Source of the DNA: Octopus sinensis
Taxonomy: Eukaryota
DNA length: 64,000 bases
Assembly (NCBI RefSeq): GCF_006345805.1
Contig: NC_042997.1
Coordinates: 45,942,001 to 46,006,000, forward strand
Direction of reading: 5' to 3'
Each line of letters opens with the position of its first letter. The first letter of the stretch is position 1. Shown here one piece after another: positions 37,340-51,089 of this stretch. A program made the position numbers and the translations under genes. The notes beneath the pieces were generated by a model, which was not told the DNA's origin, searched no databases, and was given only the letters and a program-made list of their open reading frames with translations.

Positions 37340-37919
37340 CATGGGTGTAGGTGTCAAATGGATACGGCAAAAGCTGTTGTATGGTACTTGTCCAATGATA
37401 AAAATAAGGTAAGAAATAACTGAAACGATTACACACACATACGTGCACACTTATACACACTCGCACAAATACACATATATACAAACAGACACACGCTCAT
37501 AATCTCACATGCACACACACACACACTCACACACGCACCCACACACGCATACACATACACATAAACTCACACGCGCATACACACACACTCACACATGCAC
37601 CCACACACGCATACACACACACACACAAGTTCATATAATACTATATTGTGTTGATTTGTCGTGCGGAATAAAAGACACTGATATTTCGCTCCTTGGCCTT
37701 CGTTTCTTCCGAGATAAAAATAAATAAGCATTTTGCCACGTTGGTAGTGTAAGTGCGATAGAAAGGAGTAATGTGAAGTCACTGAAGGCAATAATAAGGA
37801 AAAAGCTATCCATGTGTGATGTGAGTAGTGTGGGAGATGTACGAACGGGAAATTAAAGTTGACAGCTGGCTAAGTGGGGAAATTTTGCAACACGATACAG
37901 ACCAGCTGAAACTGGGGTG

Positions 37920-38335
37920 TATTCAGAACCTGATCAGATGACTCCTCACTTTTTCAGCACATGATAATTCATCTGAAGGATATTTCCAAAACTTGTGGCT
38001 TTTCAAGTCAAAACGAACAGTGTATTGCAAACTTCCGGGTTGTATCAAAATGTCATTCAGTGAAATCAAAGTATTCGACACTATTCTCGATAACTTGCCG
38101 CATTGCATAATCCAATACAATTGTAAACGGGTAGATCTAGCCCCTTGTAGCATCCCAGCTAGCATTTTAAAGAATTCTGTTTTCCCGTCAGATGACAACA
38201 TACGCTCTCTGGTCTTCTCATAGTTCTTTGCAATGGTAAAATCTAGTTTTATGGAATGCCATATGCTCCAAGGATCTTCGGCATTTTGTAACGATGAATG
38301 CTGTTAAACGCTTTACTGAAGTCCACAAAGGCTAT
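37920..38335 (-). pseudogene. RTE reverse transcriptase fragment (inverted segment)
   Basis: Reads FVDFSKAFNSIHR...AYGIP...SSDGKTEFFKMLAGMLQG. Confidence 0.8.
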
Positions 38336-38339
38336 AATG

Positions 38340-38825
38340 GCAGGTGGCTGTCTGTCTTTCTATGGTGCTCCAAATTGTCCAGGCAAATCAAAACCATGCT
38401 GTTCATTTTAACTGTCGAATCAGTGTTATATAAGGGTGAAATATGGAGACTGACAAAGAAATTATCAAATGGGCTAAATGCATGCTACAGAAGGATGATA
38501 CGAATGGCCTTAAATGTGAAATGATAGCAACATATGACAAATAAATACCTTTATGGGGACCTGCTGAAAGTCAGTGAGAAGATCAGGCAAAAACAGCTAC
38601 AACTGTCTGGTCACTGCGTGTTGCCACCCTGAACTGGACACATGCAAATTAATCTTGTGGAACCCACTTCAGGATGATGCAAAGAAAACGTTGTCACACA
38701 TCGATAATTTAATTACAGACTCTGGCTTGAAGTGTATCCAGGACACACAGGCAATGATGATGTACCGAAAAGTGTGGCGAGTGGACCATGTTGCTACGGC
38801 CCGGGTTGGGACCTGGCAATAATGA
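38340..38825 (+). pseudogene. RTE ORF2 C-terminal fragment and 3' end
   Basis: Reads LFILTVESVLYKGEIWRLTKKL...CYRRMIRMALNV. Confidence 0.8.
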
Positions 38826-38999
38826 TTATAATAACGATAAATTACTTTTATGTCCGATAGATCAATCAGGCGCGCTTCATATTATTTACCACATAAAATT
38901 TATTTTTCTAATCAAATTTTGATATTATAGCTATCATCATTTCGACATTCCTCCCAAGCTGCCAAAAGTGCTCTGGTGGTCAGAATTTACTACAGCTCT

Positions 39000-39480
39000 C
39001 TTCTTTGTCTTTTAGGTACAAAGTCTTGTTTTGATAACAGATTCAAATTCCTCTTGCTGCTATATCAAAGCAATAGATATTCCATCAGTATGTACGAGTG
39101 TTTTCTGTAAACGCCGTATACACTTCCGACAAGCATCCCCTCTTCATTGGACAGTTTCTCATATTTCTACACATACATTCAAGACAAGTTAGTTGTTAAG
39201 TTTTCTAACTGTTGGTTGTGGTTGGAGATTAGTGATCCTATATTGAACAACTTATATGACTTCAACAACATGTCTATAAACAGATATATAATATATTTGT
39301 GATGTAAGGGAAGATACTGCTTATCAGTATCAGAAACTTCCTTGCTATCGTTGATGATACATCTGTACTGTACTGGAATTAAATGGTGTTATTTTCCTAT
39401 TTCTGTGTTTAAGACTTTTGGTGTGCGTTGTTTAAATTTCAGCCTGTCTTTGAAACAGTTTCTTTTTAAGAATATATTCA
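39000..39480 (-). mobile_element. Decayed PLE GIY-YIG region (Naiad-like)
   Basis: Reads RNRKITPFN...CMCRNMRNCPMKRGCLSEVYTA, resembling RKIIWFNPP...CNCR..CPL.G.CL..VY.A. Confidence 0.55.
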
Positions 39481-39565
39481 CATTGTTTCTTCGTTAATTT
39501 TTCAGTAGGAATGGTATTTTCTCGTGTTTACATTTACATATATATATATATATGTATGTATATAT

Positions 39566-39681
<116 letters not shown>

Positions 39682-39760
39682 TTATATACTACTTTCAGAT
39701 TGGTGTATATTGAAATTGTAAGGCTGAGTTTTTGAAGACGTTAATAAGTAGTTTTCTTAG

Positions 39761-39816
39761 TGTGTCACATCCATTCATACTATATGATAGAGATATTCTG
39801 CTATTTCTGTATAATC
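39761..39816 (+). CDS. Candidate coding exon (VSHPFILYDRDILLFLYN)
   Basis: Acceptor GTAGTTTTCTTAG, donor C|GTAAGT. Its phase (2 to 1) is compatible with 35083-35177. Confidence 0.22.
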
Positions 39817-40385
39817 GTAAGTTAGTAGATTTTATTCTGCTTATCTATGTGTCTGGTATAATCCAACTAAATTTGGTATCTCAGCATTACAAGTTGTTAT
39901 CAACCTTAAACCAAAAAGGAATTATAATATAGTAACTACTCTTATTTCATTACTACACTAATATCACTGTCGGTAAGACTAACTCCTTCAAGAAACTTTT
40001 AAAAATGGATGGATGGTATTCTATGATATCAAATCGAATAAATCTCCATTTTTTTTTTTGCTATTCTCGATGTTATTAAACCACTTACTTGTGACAATAA
40101 TGCAATACGATTACGAGGGATTTGTTGTTTGATTCGGTAGAAACGAATGTATGTTTGCTTTTTTTCGGGTTGAGAAGCTTTATCTTTTGGGTTAATTAGA
40201 AATTGTCCTCATCGTCGGATTTACGTAAATAGGTGTGCTCTACAGTCTTCTCTGTCTGTTTTCTTATATATATATATGTGTGTGTGTGTGTGTGCGCGTG
40301 TGTGTTCAAATATTTATAAACATACATACATATATATACGCATACACATACACACATACACATATGTACATATATATATATATAT

Positions 40386-40441
<56 letters not shown>

Positions 40442-40521
40442 GTATATATATCTATATCTCGAAAATCGAGAAGATGTTCAGCATTTTTCCAGTCTGCGGA
40501 TAAATGGTTAGAATTTGCCCT

Positions 40522-40731
40522 CTCTTTTACTTGTTTCAGTCATTTGACTGCGGCCATGCTGGAGCACCACCTTTATAGTCAAGCAAATCAACCCCAGAGC
40601 TTATTCTTTGTAAACCTAGTTCTTATTATATCGGTCTCTTTTGCCGAACCGATAAGTTACAGGGGCATAAACACACCAGCATAGGTGGTCAAGCGATGCC
40701 GGGGGGAACAAACAGACACACAAACATATAC

Positions 40732-40762
<31 letters not shown>

Positions 40763-40811
40763 CATACATACATACATACATAACATACATACATACATAC
40801 ATACATACATC

Positions 40812-40854
<43 letters not shown>

Positions 40855-41112
40855 ATATTATATATATATATATATATATGTATATTATATATATATATAT
40901 ATTATATATATATTATATATATATATATATATAATATATAATATATATATATATACGACGGGCTTCTTCCAGTTTCCCTTCTATCAAATCCACTCACAAG
41001 GTTTTGGTCGGCCTGAGGTTATAAGTAGAAGACTCTTGCCCAAGGTGCCACGCAGTGGGACTGAAACCGGGACCATGTGGTTGGTAAGCAAGCTACTTAC
41101 TACACAGCCACT
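40522..41112 (-). mobile_element. Full SINE family B with an expanded internal microsatellite
   Basis: Both family B halves are present around an (ACAT)n/(TA)n linker. Confidence 0.9.
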
Positions 41113-41162
41113 GTTTATAATTATACCATATGTTACATATATATAAATATATATCTATATAG

Positions 41163-41208
<46 letters not shown>

Positions 41209-41357
41209 CTATATACATATGTACACGTGCACGCAATTACACGCGCGCACAAACATACACATTTAAAATCGCTCACTCTTTTGATTAAATAACACACACG
41301 GCAAATTATTCGTGTCTAGCAACTACATATCTAAATACTAGCGTATTATATTTCCAG

Positions 41358-41434
41358 GAAAAACATTTTATATTGCACGTAGAAATTTTCCCTTAACGGA
41401 AGAATATGTAGAACACAAGTCGCCAGTTAATTAG
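41358..41434 (+). CDS. Candidate terminal exon (RKTFYIARRNFPLTEEYVEHKSPVN*)
   Basis: Acceptor TATTATATTTCCAG, phase 1 compatible with 39761-39816, AATAAA at 41446-41451. Confidence 0.18.
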
Positions 41435-41560
41435 CAATAGAAGTTAATAAAACAATTAGCTTTCGAAATACATAAATATATTCGCTCACGCGTTAGAACG
41501 GGATTCCTTTCCGAATTGGCCTGTAAACTTTCATATTCTATACGTATTCGTTTCATTTCT

Positions 41561-41596
<36 letters not shown>

Positions 41597-42454
41597 CCAT
41601 GTATTTTCAAAAAAAGATAAACTCGGTTTGGCTTACACGCATGCTTAAGGGAAGCGGCTGTGTAAGATAAATGGAAGGTTTTCAACTGTCGATTTATGCC
41701 GTAAGGTTTATATTCCATTACCTTATTTGCACACATACACGAAACGAAAACTGAGCCCTGGAAGGAATTTCTACGCGATTGTTCGCCCGGTTGGAAATAT
41801 TCAAACCTACCAAAAAAATCTTACCTTTACCTTAAAAAAATTTAGTTGAAAAACTTTGGATATTAGCTCTGCTCCATCAGAACCAACTTAACAGTGCTTA
41901 GATCAAGTCAATGATAACGACAACGACGACAACGACAACAACGACGACGACCACCACCACCACATACCTTATAGTCACGGCACCATTAGAGATTAGCACC
42001 TAGACTAGTTAATTACGATATCAGTAAAAAGGAAAATAATCACTACAGCGTAATTCTATTAAGCGCAGAAGACGGGCTGGATTTGAAAGAAATTTGGTTG
42101 TTATTTCTAGCAAGTCGATTATTTCATAGATCCTTGTTTGTTGGTATTTTCCGTTCTTCCATTTTGCAATATTAATAATTATGTTATTATTAAATTGTCT
42201 GTAAGCAGCATTAAGCCACCTGATCAACAGCAGTGGCATGCCGGTTAAACAATGTTGGGGTCACCGACGAGCCTTGCACTGCAAATTTTCATTTTATCTA
42301 ATAGAAATAGTAGCCAATTCACCCTCAAATCACACCCTATGATAATAAATTAAGACAGGAAAACAGTGGATGGCGTAGGTTTTTAAGTAGTCCTACAAAG
42401 TCGTCTCGTTAGACAGTTGTCATACTTTTGATCATTGATTCTTGTGATCAGGTT

Positions 42455-42785
42455 TAAAAGACTCCGCCGGTTACGACGACGAGGGTCCCAGCTGATACGA
42501 TCAACGGAACAGCTTGCTCGTGAAATTAACGTGCAAATGGCTGAGCATTCCACAGACACGTTTAATACCCTTAACGTAGTTCTCGGGGATAATCAGCGTG
42601 ACACAGAGAGTGACAAGGCTGACCCTTTGAAATACAAGTACAACTCATTTTTGCCAGCTGAGTGGACTGGAGCAACGTGAAATAAAGTGTCTTGCTCAAG
42701 GACACAACGCGTCGCCGGGAATCGAACTCACAACTTTACGATCATGAGCCGAATGCCCTAACCACTAAGCCACGCGCCCTCACTG
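42455..42785 (-). mobile_element. SINE family C (tRNA head)
   Basis: Minus strand reads GTGAGGGCGCGTGGCTTAGTGGTTAGGGCATTCGGCTC...GTTCGATTCCCGG...GTGTCCTTGAGCAAGACAC. Confidence 0.85.
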
Positions 42786-43319
42786 TGATCAGGTAAGCTG
42801 CACCTAAACAACATGATACGGTTTGGTTTTTAAATGGAGAAATGAATGAGAAAGGGTATGTGTGTGTGTTGTGTGAGAGAGTTGGAGAGAAAGAAATAGA
42901 GTGAGCCAAAGAAAGGAAGTAAGTAGAGAGAGAGCGAGAGAGACAGAGAGACAGAGAGACAGAATGAAAAAGAGATAAAAAGAGAGGGATAGAGAGAGAG
43001 AGAGAAAGAGAAATTAAAGAAAAAATAATGGAGAAAGAATCATTTTGACGCCATAAACGGACAACACTCGTATTTCTTGAACTAACACTCGTGCTTTATC
43101 ACCAGTTCATTTCCATTCTGAGTCCTTTCTCGAATATTTTATTTTTATTTAAGGGTGGCCTCAAAACTGAGGTATTTGTCTACAAATTATTTCTGGAGCG
43201 TTTTAGCGTTGTGACAAAATTTTCGAAGAGACCAAAGAGAAAAAGAATAAATGGTGACATTGCTTCAAGAGAAACAGACAGACATGGACGGTTATAGATA
43301 CACATGATTACATATAATA

Positions 43320-43484
43320 GGCGGAGGAGTGGCTGTGTGGTAAGTATCTTGCTAACCAACCACATGGTTCCGGGTTCAGTCCCACTGCGCGGCACCTTGG
43401 GCAAGTGTCTTCTGCTATAGCCCCGGGCCGACCAATGCCTTGTGAGTGGACTTGGTAGGCGGAAACTGAAAGAAGCCTGTCGTA

Positions 43485-43529
<45 letters not shown>

Positions 43530-43727
43530 TTGTGTGTCTGTGTTTGACCCCTAGCATTGCTTGACAACCGATGCTGGTGTGTTTACGTCCCCGTCACTTA
43601 GCGGTTCGGCAAAAGAGACCGATAGAATAAGTATTGGGCTTACAAATAATAAGTCCCGGGGTCGATTTGCTCAACTAAAGGCGGTGCTCCAGCATGGCCG
43701 CAGTCAAATGGCTGAAACAAGTAAAAG
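43320..43727 (+). mobile_element. Full SINE family B (CORE-like; possibly Octopus OR2-related)
   Basis: Head GGAGTGGCTGTGTGGTAAG...GGGTTCAGTCCC, GGCACCTTGGGCAAGT core-like block, internal (TA/TG)n, tail GAAACAAGTAAAAG. Confidence 0.9.
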
Positions 43728-44150
43728 GAGAAAGAGAGAGAGAGAGAGAGTATAATGACCTTGACAAGGAAAGATAAAATAAAGAAAAAAGAAAAGTTTA
43801 AAAAAAAGAAAACAAATTCGGATAAGCGGACTAAGAAATAAATTTTCCTTGGGCCAACAATTGGGTCACATTTTATTTTCAACAGATGTAAGTGAATAGT
43901 AACAACAACAGCGTCATATGGATGTTCGACGGAGAGCCATTAATGGGACGCATTTATAAGAGATACCGTTAAGTAGTGTCAGCAAAAACATCATTGATAT
44001 GCGACGAACTTTTCCACGGCTTATAGAAAATGACTTAAAATGAATGCAATAAGACGTGTATGATTTCATATAGACATTCTGGTTTCATAGACAGCTTATA
44101 TTATATAATACTCTCATGATATAAAACGAAAGTGCAGGAAATAGTATATA

Positions 44151-44370
44151 CTCTTTTACTCTTTTACTTGTTTCAGTCATTTGACTGCGGCCATGCTGGA
44201 GCACCGCTTTTAATCGAGCAACTCGACCCCGGGACTTATTCTTTTGTAAGCCCAGTACTTATTCTATCGGTCTCTTTTGCCGAACCGCTAAGTAACGGGG
44301 ACATAAACACACCAGCATCGATTGTCAAGCAATGCTAGGGGGACAAACATAGACACACAAACACACACGC

Positions 44371-44414
<44 letters not shown>

Positions 44415-44576
44415 GACGGGCTTTTTTCAGTTTCCGTCTACCAAATCCACTCACAAGGCTTTGGTCGGCCCGAAGCTATAGTAAAAGACACTTGCCCAAG
44501 GTGCCACGCAGTGGGACTGAACCCGGAACCATGTGGTTCGTAAACAAGCTACTTACCACACAGCCACTCCTACGCC
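44151..44576 (-). mobile_element. Full SINE family B
   Basis: Reverse complement of 43320-43727. Confidence 0.92.
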
Positions 44577-44650
44577 TATGATTTTAAAATGGCGATTACG
44601 GCTCTTCCACAGCGTAATGTTTCTGATTTTAAGAAAGGATCTCAGATTTA

Positions 44651-45048
44651 AGGCGGCGAGCTGGCAGACACGTTAGAACGCCGGGCGAAATGCTTAGCCG
44701 TATTTCGTCTGTCCTTACGTTCTGAGTTCAAATTCCGCCGAGGTCGACTTCGCCTTTTATCCTTTCGGGGTCGATAAATTAAGTACCAATTTCGCACTGG
44801 GATCGATGTAATCGACTTAATACCTATGTCTGTCCTTGTTTGTCCCTTCTGTGTTTAGCCCCTTGTGGGTAATAAAGAAATAGGTATTTCGTCTGTCTTT
44901 ACGTTCTGAGTTCAAATTCCGCCGAGGTCGACTTTGCCTTTTATCCTTTCGAGGTCGATAAATTAAGTACCAGTTGCATACTGGAGTCGATCTAATCGAC
45001 TGGCCGCTTCCCCCAAAATTTCAGGCCTTGTGCCTAGAGTAGAAAAGA
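44651..45048 (+). mobile_element. Dimeric SINE family A
   Basis: Junction AATAAAGAAATAG|GTATTTCGTCTG, with the same architecture as 5527-5918. Confidence 0.9.
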
Positions 45049-46265
45049 AAGGGTCTCAGATAAATTCATTTGCTAAAGAAGTACAACTCTGGAAATAAAA
45101 ATGTTTTAAGAATTAATTACATTGGTATAAAACCACGTATATATAAAGTGTGTCAATATGTCAACCCCCTAAAACTTACTACGTAACAAGTATTAATTAT
45201 TTTATCGAACCCGGCGCGATCAAATACACATTAAGCTCATTATAATTTAAACCAAAAACTGCTAATGTCATTACTGAATACTGTACTCTTGTCAGTAGGT
45301 CTCGATACAATAATTCTTTCTAATTTAGACGCAAAAGAAACATTTTAGAGAATGCCAGCTAATAGCACAACCGATTATATCTCTGCCGTTATTTGATCGG
45401 TATTCATTTTGTGGAAGGGCGAGATTGAGTTATGTCAAATTTGAAAAGAGATCCTAAAGAAGTTAAAGCAATTATTCCAATGAATTTTGTCCACAGTTCT
45501 ACAGTTGTACTAATCTTCACTCTGTATGTATGTAACTAGTAGCAGTAGTAGCTGATCTTGCCCAAGATCATTAATACCTAAAGTAAATACAATCACATTA
45601 ATTACTGTATTTTGAATAAATTACATTCAAACAATGCCGTCAGTCTTCAGTTGAAGCAAGGATGTTAATTCACTCAGGATTGTTGCATACAACCTTTGCA
45701 AAAGATTCTTCAAGTGAAGCGTCATAAAAATGGGCAAAAATATATGGACAAATATAAAGAAAATGTTTCTTTTATATTCGTTTTCTGCGAAAAAGTTATT
45801 TTTTTATAATACTGTACTAATTAGCATAATTACTATAAACGAATTATTTATCTAATCAGTAGAATTTCGTGTAATTATTGCAGGGCTTGGAGGCATACAA
45901 TTTACGTTGCTTTTCTAAGAATATAGGAAGTACATGAAAAAGTAACGTAGTCAGTGACCTCCTTGAAAAGATGTACGTCTGTGTGCAACTTCAGCTGTCT
46001 TGTTGTAAAACATGGGAAATACATTTAATTTTGTGGATTAAGATGAAGATAATAATATCCGTTTCTAGAATAAACAAAAGGCGCAAATTTGGAGAAGGGT
46101 TTATTCAGTTACATCGCTACTGCTACTTCACTGGTATTCCCTTTGATCCACACGGAAGGGTGAAAGAAAATTCAACTCGGTGGGATTTGGTCTCAGGACT
46201 TAGAAATCCGGAACAAATACAGATGCCCTGACTATTCTAGCAATTCACAATAATACTCTCTTTGA

Positions 46266-46641
46266 CTCTCTTTTACTTGTTTCAGTCATTTGACTGCGGC
46301 CATGTTGGAGCACCGCCTTTTAGTCAAGCAAATCGACCCCGGCACTTATTCTTTTGTAAGCCCAGTACTTATTCTATCGGTCTCTTTTGCCGAACAGCTA
46401 AGTGACGGGGATGTAAACACACTAGGGGGGCAAACACAGACACACAAACACACACACACACACATATATACATACATATATACGACAGGATTCTTTCAGT
46501 TTCCGTCTACCAAATCCACTCACAAGGCATTGGTCGGCCCGGGGCTATAGCAGAAGACACTTGCCCAAGATGCCACGCAGTGGGACTGAACCCGGAACCA
46601 TGTGGTTGGTTAGAAAGCTACTTACCACACAGCCACTCCTG
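46266..46641 (-). mobile_element. Full SINE family B (small internal deletion)
   Basis: Matches the family B consensus. Confidence 0.9.
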
Positions 46642-46864
46642 TTAATAGTAATAACTATTAATCGTAATAATTAATTTTGTTTTGTTACCATGGAATGTTT
46701 ATGGATACAGTGAAAGAGTTTTAGATATTGGTGGTGAGGTATATACACAACAAAGCTATCTAAACACGAATTGAAGTGAGTCACAAATATTAAACCATAA
46801 ATACGTTTTAAATACAAAATAAATCAACAGAATAAAAAGATAATTATATAAAATACACTAATTA

Positions 46865-47273
46865 GCGCAGGAGTGGCCGTGTGGTAAGTAGCTTGTTTAC
46901 CAACCACATGGTTCCGGGTTCAGTCCCACTGCGTGGCACCTTGGCCAAGTGTCTTCTACTATAGCCTCGGGCCGACCAAAGCCTTGTGAGTGGATTTGGT
47001 AGACGGAAACTGAAAGAAGCCCGTCGTATATATGTATATATATGTATATGTGTGTGTGTGTGTTTGTGTGTCTGTGTTTGTCCTCCTAGCATTGCTTGAC
47101 AACTGATGCTGGTGTGTTTACGTCCCCGTCACTTAGCGGTTCGGCAAAAAGAGACCGATAGAATAAGTACTGGGCTTACAAAGAATAAGTCCCGGGGTCG
47201 AGTTGCTCGATTAAAGGCGGTGCTCCAGCATGGCCGCAGTCAAATGACTGAAACAAGTAAAAGAGTAAAAGAG
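46865..47273 (+). mobile_element. Full SINE family B
   Basis: Matches the family B consensus; the tail is a GAGTAAAA tandem. Confidence 0.92.
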
Positions 47274-48612
47274 TAATTATATATATCATTAAGGGAGCGA
47301 CACACAATAACTCAGTCACTAACACACCAGTTTCACGGGTCCAGAGTATCCATGACAGTGGCCTCCTGTCACACCATATTCCAGTAAGGTTTGTTTTGAC
47401 ATTGTCAGGTTTGAGATATCTGGGATTTATGCATAGTCCCCTGGATTGAAAGGTATTCGGAACAGACAAACTCAATGATTTTCGTCGACGACCCTGGAAC
47501 GTCACCCCCATCCTCTATATGTAAAAAAAAGCTACAGGGGAAGTTCTACAAACCTTACTGGAATAAAGATGCCATCAGCGAGGCTAATCTGAGATCCCCA
47601 GAGAGAGACAAAATCGCCCCTCACATTTGATTATTGTCCAAGTACTGGGGATCTGTCGGACCACTCATAGTAAGCACCTCGTTGTCAACCGAAACTATCG
47701 TGATTTTTATGCTGCCTTTCTTTCACTGAGAATAGTAGTAAGCTTTTCTGTCTTATGGCTACGCCGACCAATATGGCGGTGGTTATGAATAATTGAAATG
47801 CATTCAAGGTAAATTTTTTCTCAAAACAACTTTCTTTTTTATTCCACATAGAACTGATGGTGACATTTCTTCGCAAAACAAATGAAGGACTAATGAAACT
47901 GCTAAACAAAGTGAAAGAGTAGTAATGTATTGATTGAGCAGAATTTGGGTTCTGGTTTTATAGAACAGCCAAATAACTGAAAGAGAAGAAATTTAGAAGA
48001 ACGTGCTTGACAAAAGGCGAACACATGTCTGACCATCCTCAGCCATCAGTCCATGCCCTCTATGAAAAAGATGTTGGAAATAGTAGTCCTAGCTTCCACA
48101 ATAAGTGAAAGAGTAAAACGTTCCTATAGTGGGGTTTGCAAGTTTGGTCGACGTTCTGCCAAGTCATCATAAATGCGGCTTTCTGCGGCGTAACAATGGT
48201 AGCCAACATATCTTTGTCAACTTTGTCAGTGTTGTTGCTTGGATACTTTTATTCATTTGTTGATATTGTCGGTTTTTCATCTCTTATGAGGAAACATCAT
48301 GCGTTAATACCATCCACAGTCAACTTAAACTTTTCGCTTTAAGGTTTTTTTCCGTAGGAGTATCCAATGTGATTCTATATTTTAGAGTTACTATCACATC
48401 AAAATATAAGTTAATCTCGAACTAATCTCAGCACTTTCCAAACATGACGAAACCACAGAAACATTTTATGAAGGTTACTACAGGCTAAAGGTTCTCTTTT
48501 CTGGTGTTGCTATTGACCTGGTCTTCACATATATTTCCACAAAAGGTAGTAATGTTCACTTCTCTGGTAGGTATACTGCAATAGCATCTTTTAATCCTCT
48601 ATAGTAAAAATA

Positions 48613-48865
48613 GTGGAGGCGCAATGGTCCAGTGGTTAGGGCAGCGGACTCGCGGTTGGAGAATCGCGTTTATTGAGCGAAAACATCTAAAAGCTTCACG
48701 AGGCTCCGGCAGGGGGTGGTGGTGACCCCTGTTGTACTCTTTCGCCATAACATTCTCCTACTCTCGCTTCCTGTTTCTTGAGTAACGCTGCGATGGACTG
48801 GCGTCCCGTCCAGAAGGGTGGGGGAACACATACGCCACAGAAACCGGGAAACCGGGCCCATGAGC
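48613..48865 (+). mobile_element. SINE family D head with an alternative 3' half (Nin/Deu-like block)
   Basis: The head is shared with the 35830-36141 copy, then GCGATGGACTGGCGTCCCGTCCAG...CAGAAACCGGG. Confidence 0.8.
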
Positions 48866-49639
48866 CTGGCTAGGCTGGAAAAGTAAAAATAACGTATTTT
48901 AATCTTTAAGAAATAATGCTTATAAGTAGTCTGAATTAATTAATTAATATATTCCGAAATTCAGTCTTAATGACTTTTCTAATAACCTTGTTTTATTGGG
49001 AAGACGTAAATATTTTCATATTCGTTTAGGAGTGGATTTTTACACATTGCTAACATATGGTGTACTTCTTCAATCTTTCCACACTCAAATCTCATGAAAT
49101 TGCCATTTTCGTGGACGACTGTTTCTGTTTCTCATTACTGGTATTTGTTTCTGTTCTTGTTACTAAGAATCACGTATTCGTCGCTGTTTCTGTTGTCTTA
49201 GTAGCCATTGTCATAAGAGTCGGCGTTAAAATTAATGTTGTTATTCTTGGTGTTGTTAATGTTAGACACATTGCTGTTATTTCAGCAATTGTTTGTTACA
49301 TACAAAAGAATTCAATTTCTTACGTTTTCGTCGAAAGAGAAAGTCGTCTACTATTATACAAACCGTTTCCCACCTTTAACATCATAGTCATTCTGAAATA
49401 AATATCTGCCGTCAAGACAAAAACGAATAACAAATAATGAAATTTTTTACCTTAAACGGGAAAAATACTGTGTGTGTGTGTGTATAAATATATATATATA
49501 TACATAGAGAGAGAGAGAGAGACAGACAGACAAAGAGAGTTATCCCTCTCCTCCTTGATATAACAATAATAGAAAAACACAAATTCAACCTACGTCAAAG
49601 AAAGCAAACATAAGTCACCGCAAGGCAAGCAGTAAAATT

Positions 49640-49668
49640 TAACAACAACAATAGTAATAATAATAATG

Positions 49669-49723
<55 letters not shown>

Positions 49724-49797
49724 TAATAATAATAATAAAAATAATAATGATAATAATAATAAAAATAATAATGATAATAATAATAATAATAATAATG

Positions 49798-49852
<55 letters not shown>

Positions 49853-49868
49853 TAATAATAATAATATA
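49640..49868. repeat. (TAA)n array
   Basis: Direct reading. Confidence 0.97.
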
Positions 49869-49869
49869 T

Positions 49870-49990
49870 ATTTCTTTACTACCCACAAGAGGCTAATCAC
49901 AGAGTGGACAAACAAGGACAGACAGACGGATCAAGTCGATTACATCGACCCCAGTGCGTAACTGGTACTCACTTTATCGACCCCGAAAGG
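49870..49990 (-). mobile_element. SINE family A 3' fragment (tail type 2) inside the TAA array
   Basis: Ends CCTCTTGTGGGTAGTAAAGAAATA followed by (TTA)n in its own sense. Confidence 0.85.
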
Positions 49991-49999
49991 ATATAAAAA

Positions 50000-50840
<841 letters not shown>

Positions 50841-51089
50841 TTTCTTTATTAAACAAAAAAGGTTTACTTAAAGAAAGACATCCTGGACAATACAGGACAA
50901 ATACAATGTGGGACTACATGAAAGTCGTGTAAGAAATGAAAAACGAAAACATTAATCGAATATAAGAACAAAATTCCCCCAAAAGAGAGAGTCCTCCTAG
51001 CACTACTGGTGAAAGCCCCACAAGTCCGCAACAGTTCTGACCACCAGGGTAAATGCCCTTTCCGCTTTGTCTACAATCACGTGCTTAGA

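Noticed and set aside
39016-39087. Strong-looking plus-strand exon (TTTTAG...CA|GTATGT; VQSLVLITDSNSSCCYIKAIDIPS, vaguely BRICHOS-like)
   Set aside because: It lies antisense to a decayed PLE GIY-YIG region, so it is better explained as TE-derived. Exonisation is not excluded.
43860-43885. CAG|AT|GTAAGT: 2-nt microexon or recursive splice site
   Set aside because: It is not an AG|GT ratchet point, all frames stop quickly, and it has no other support.
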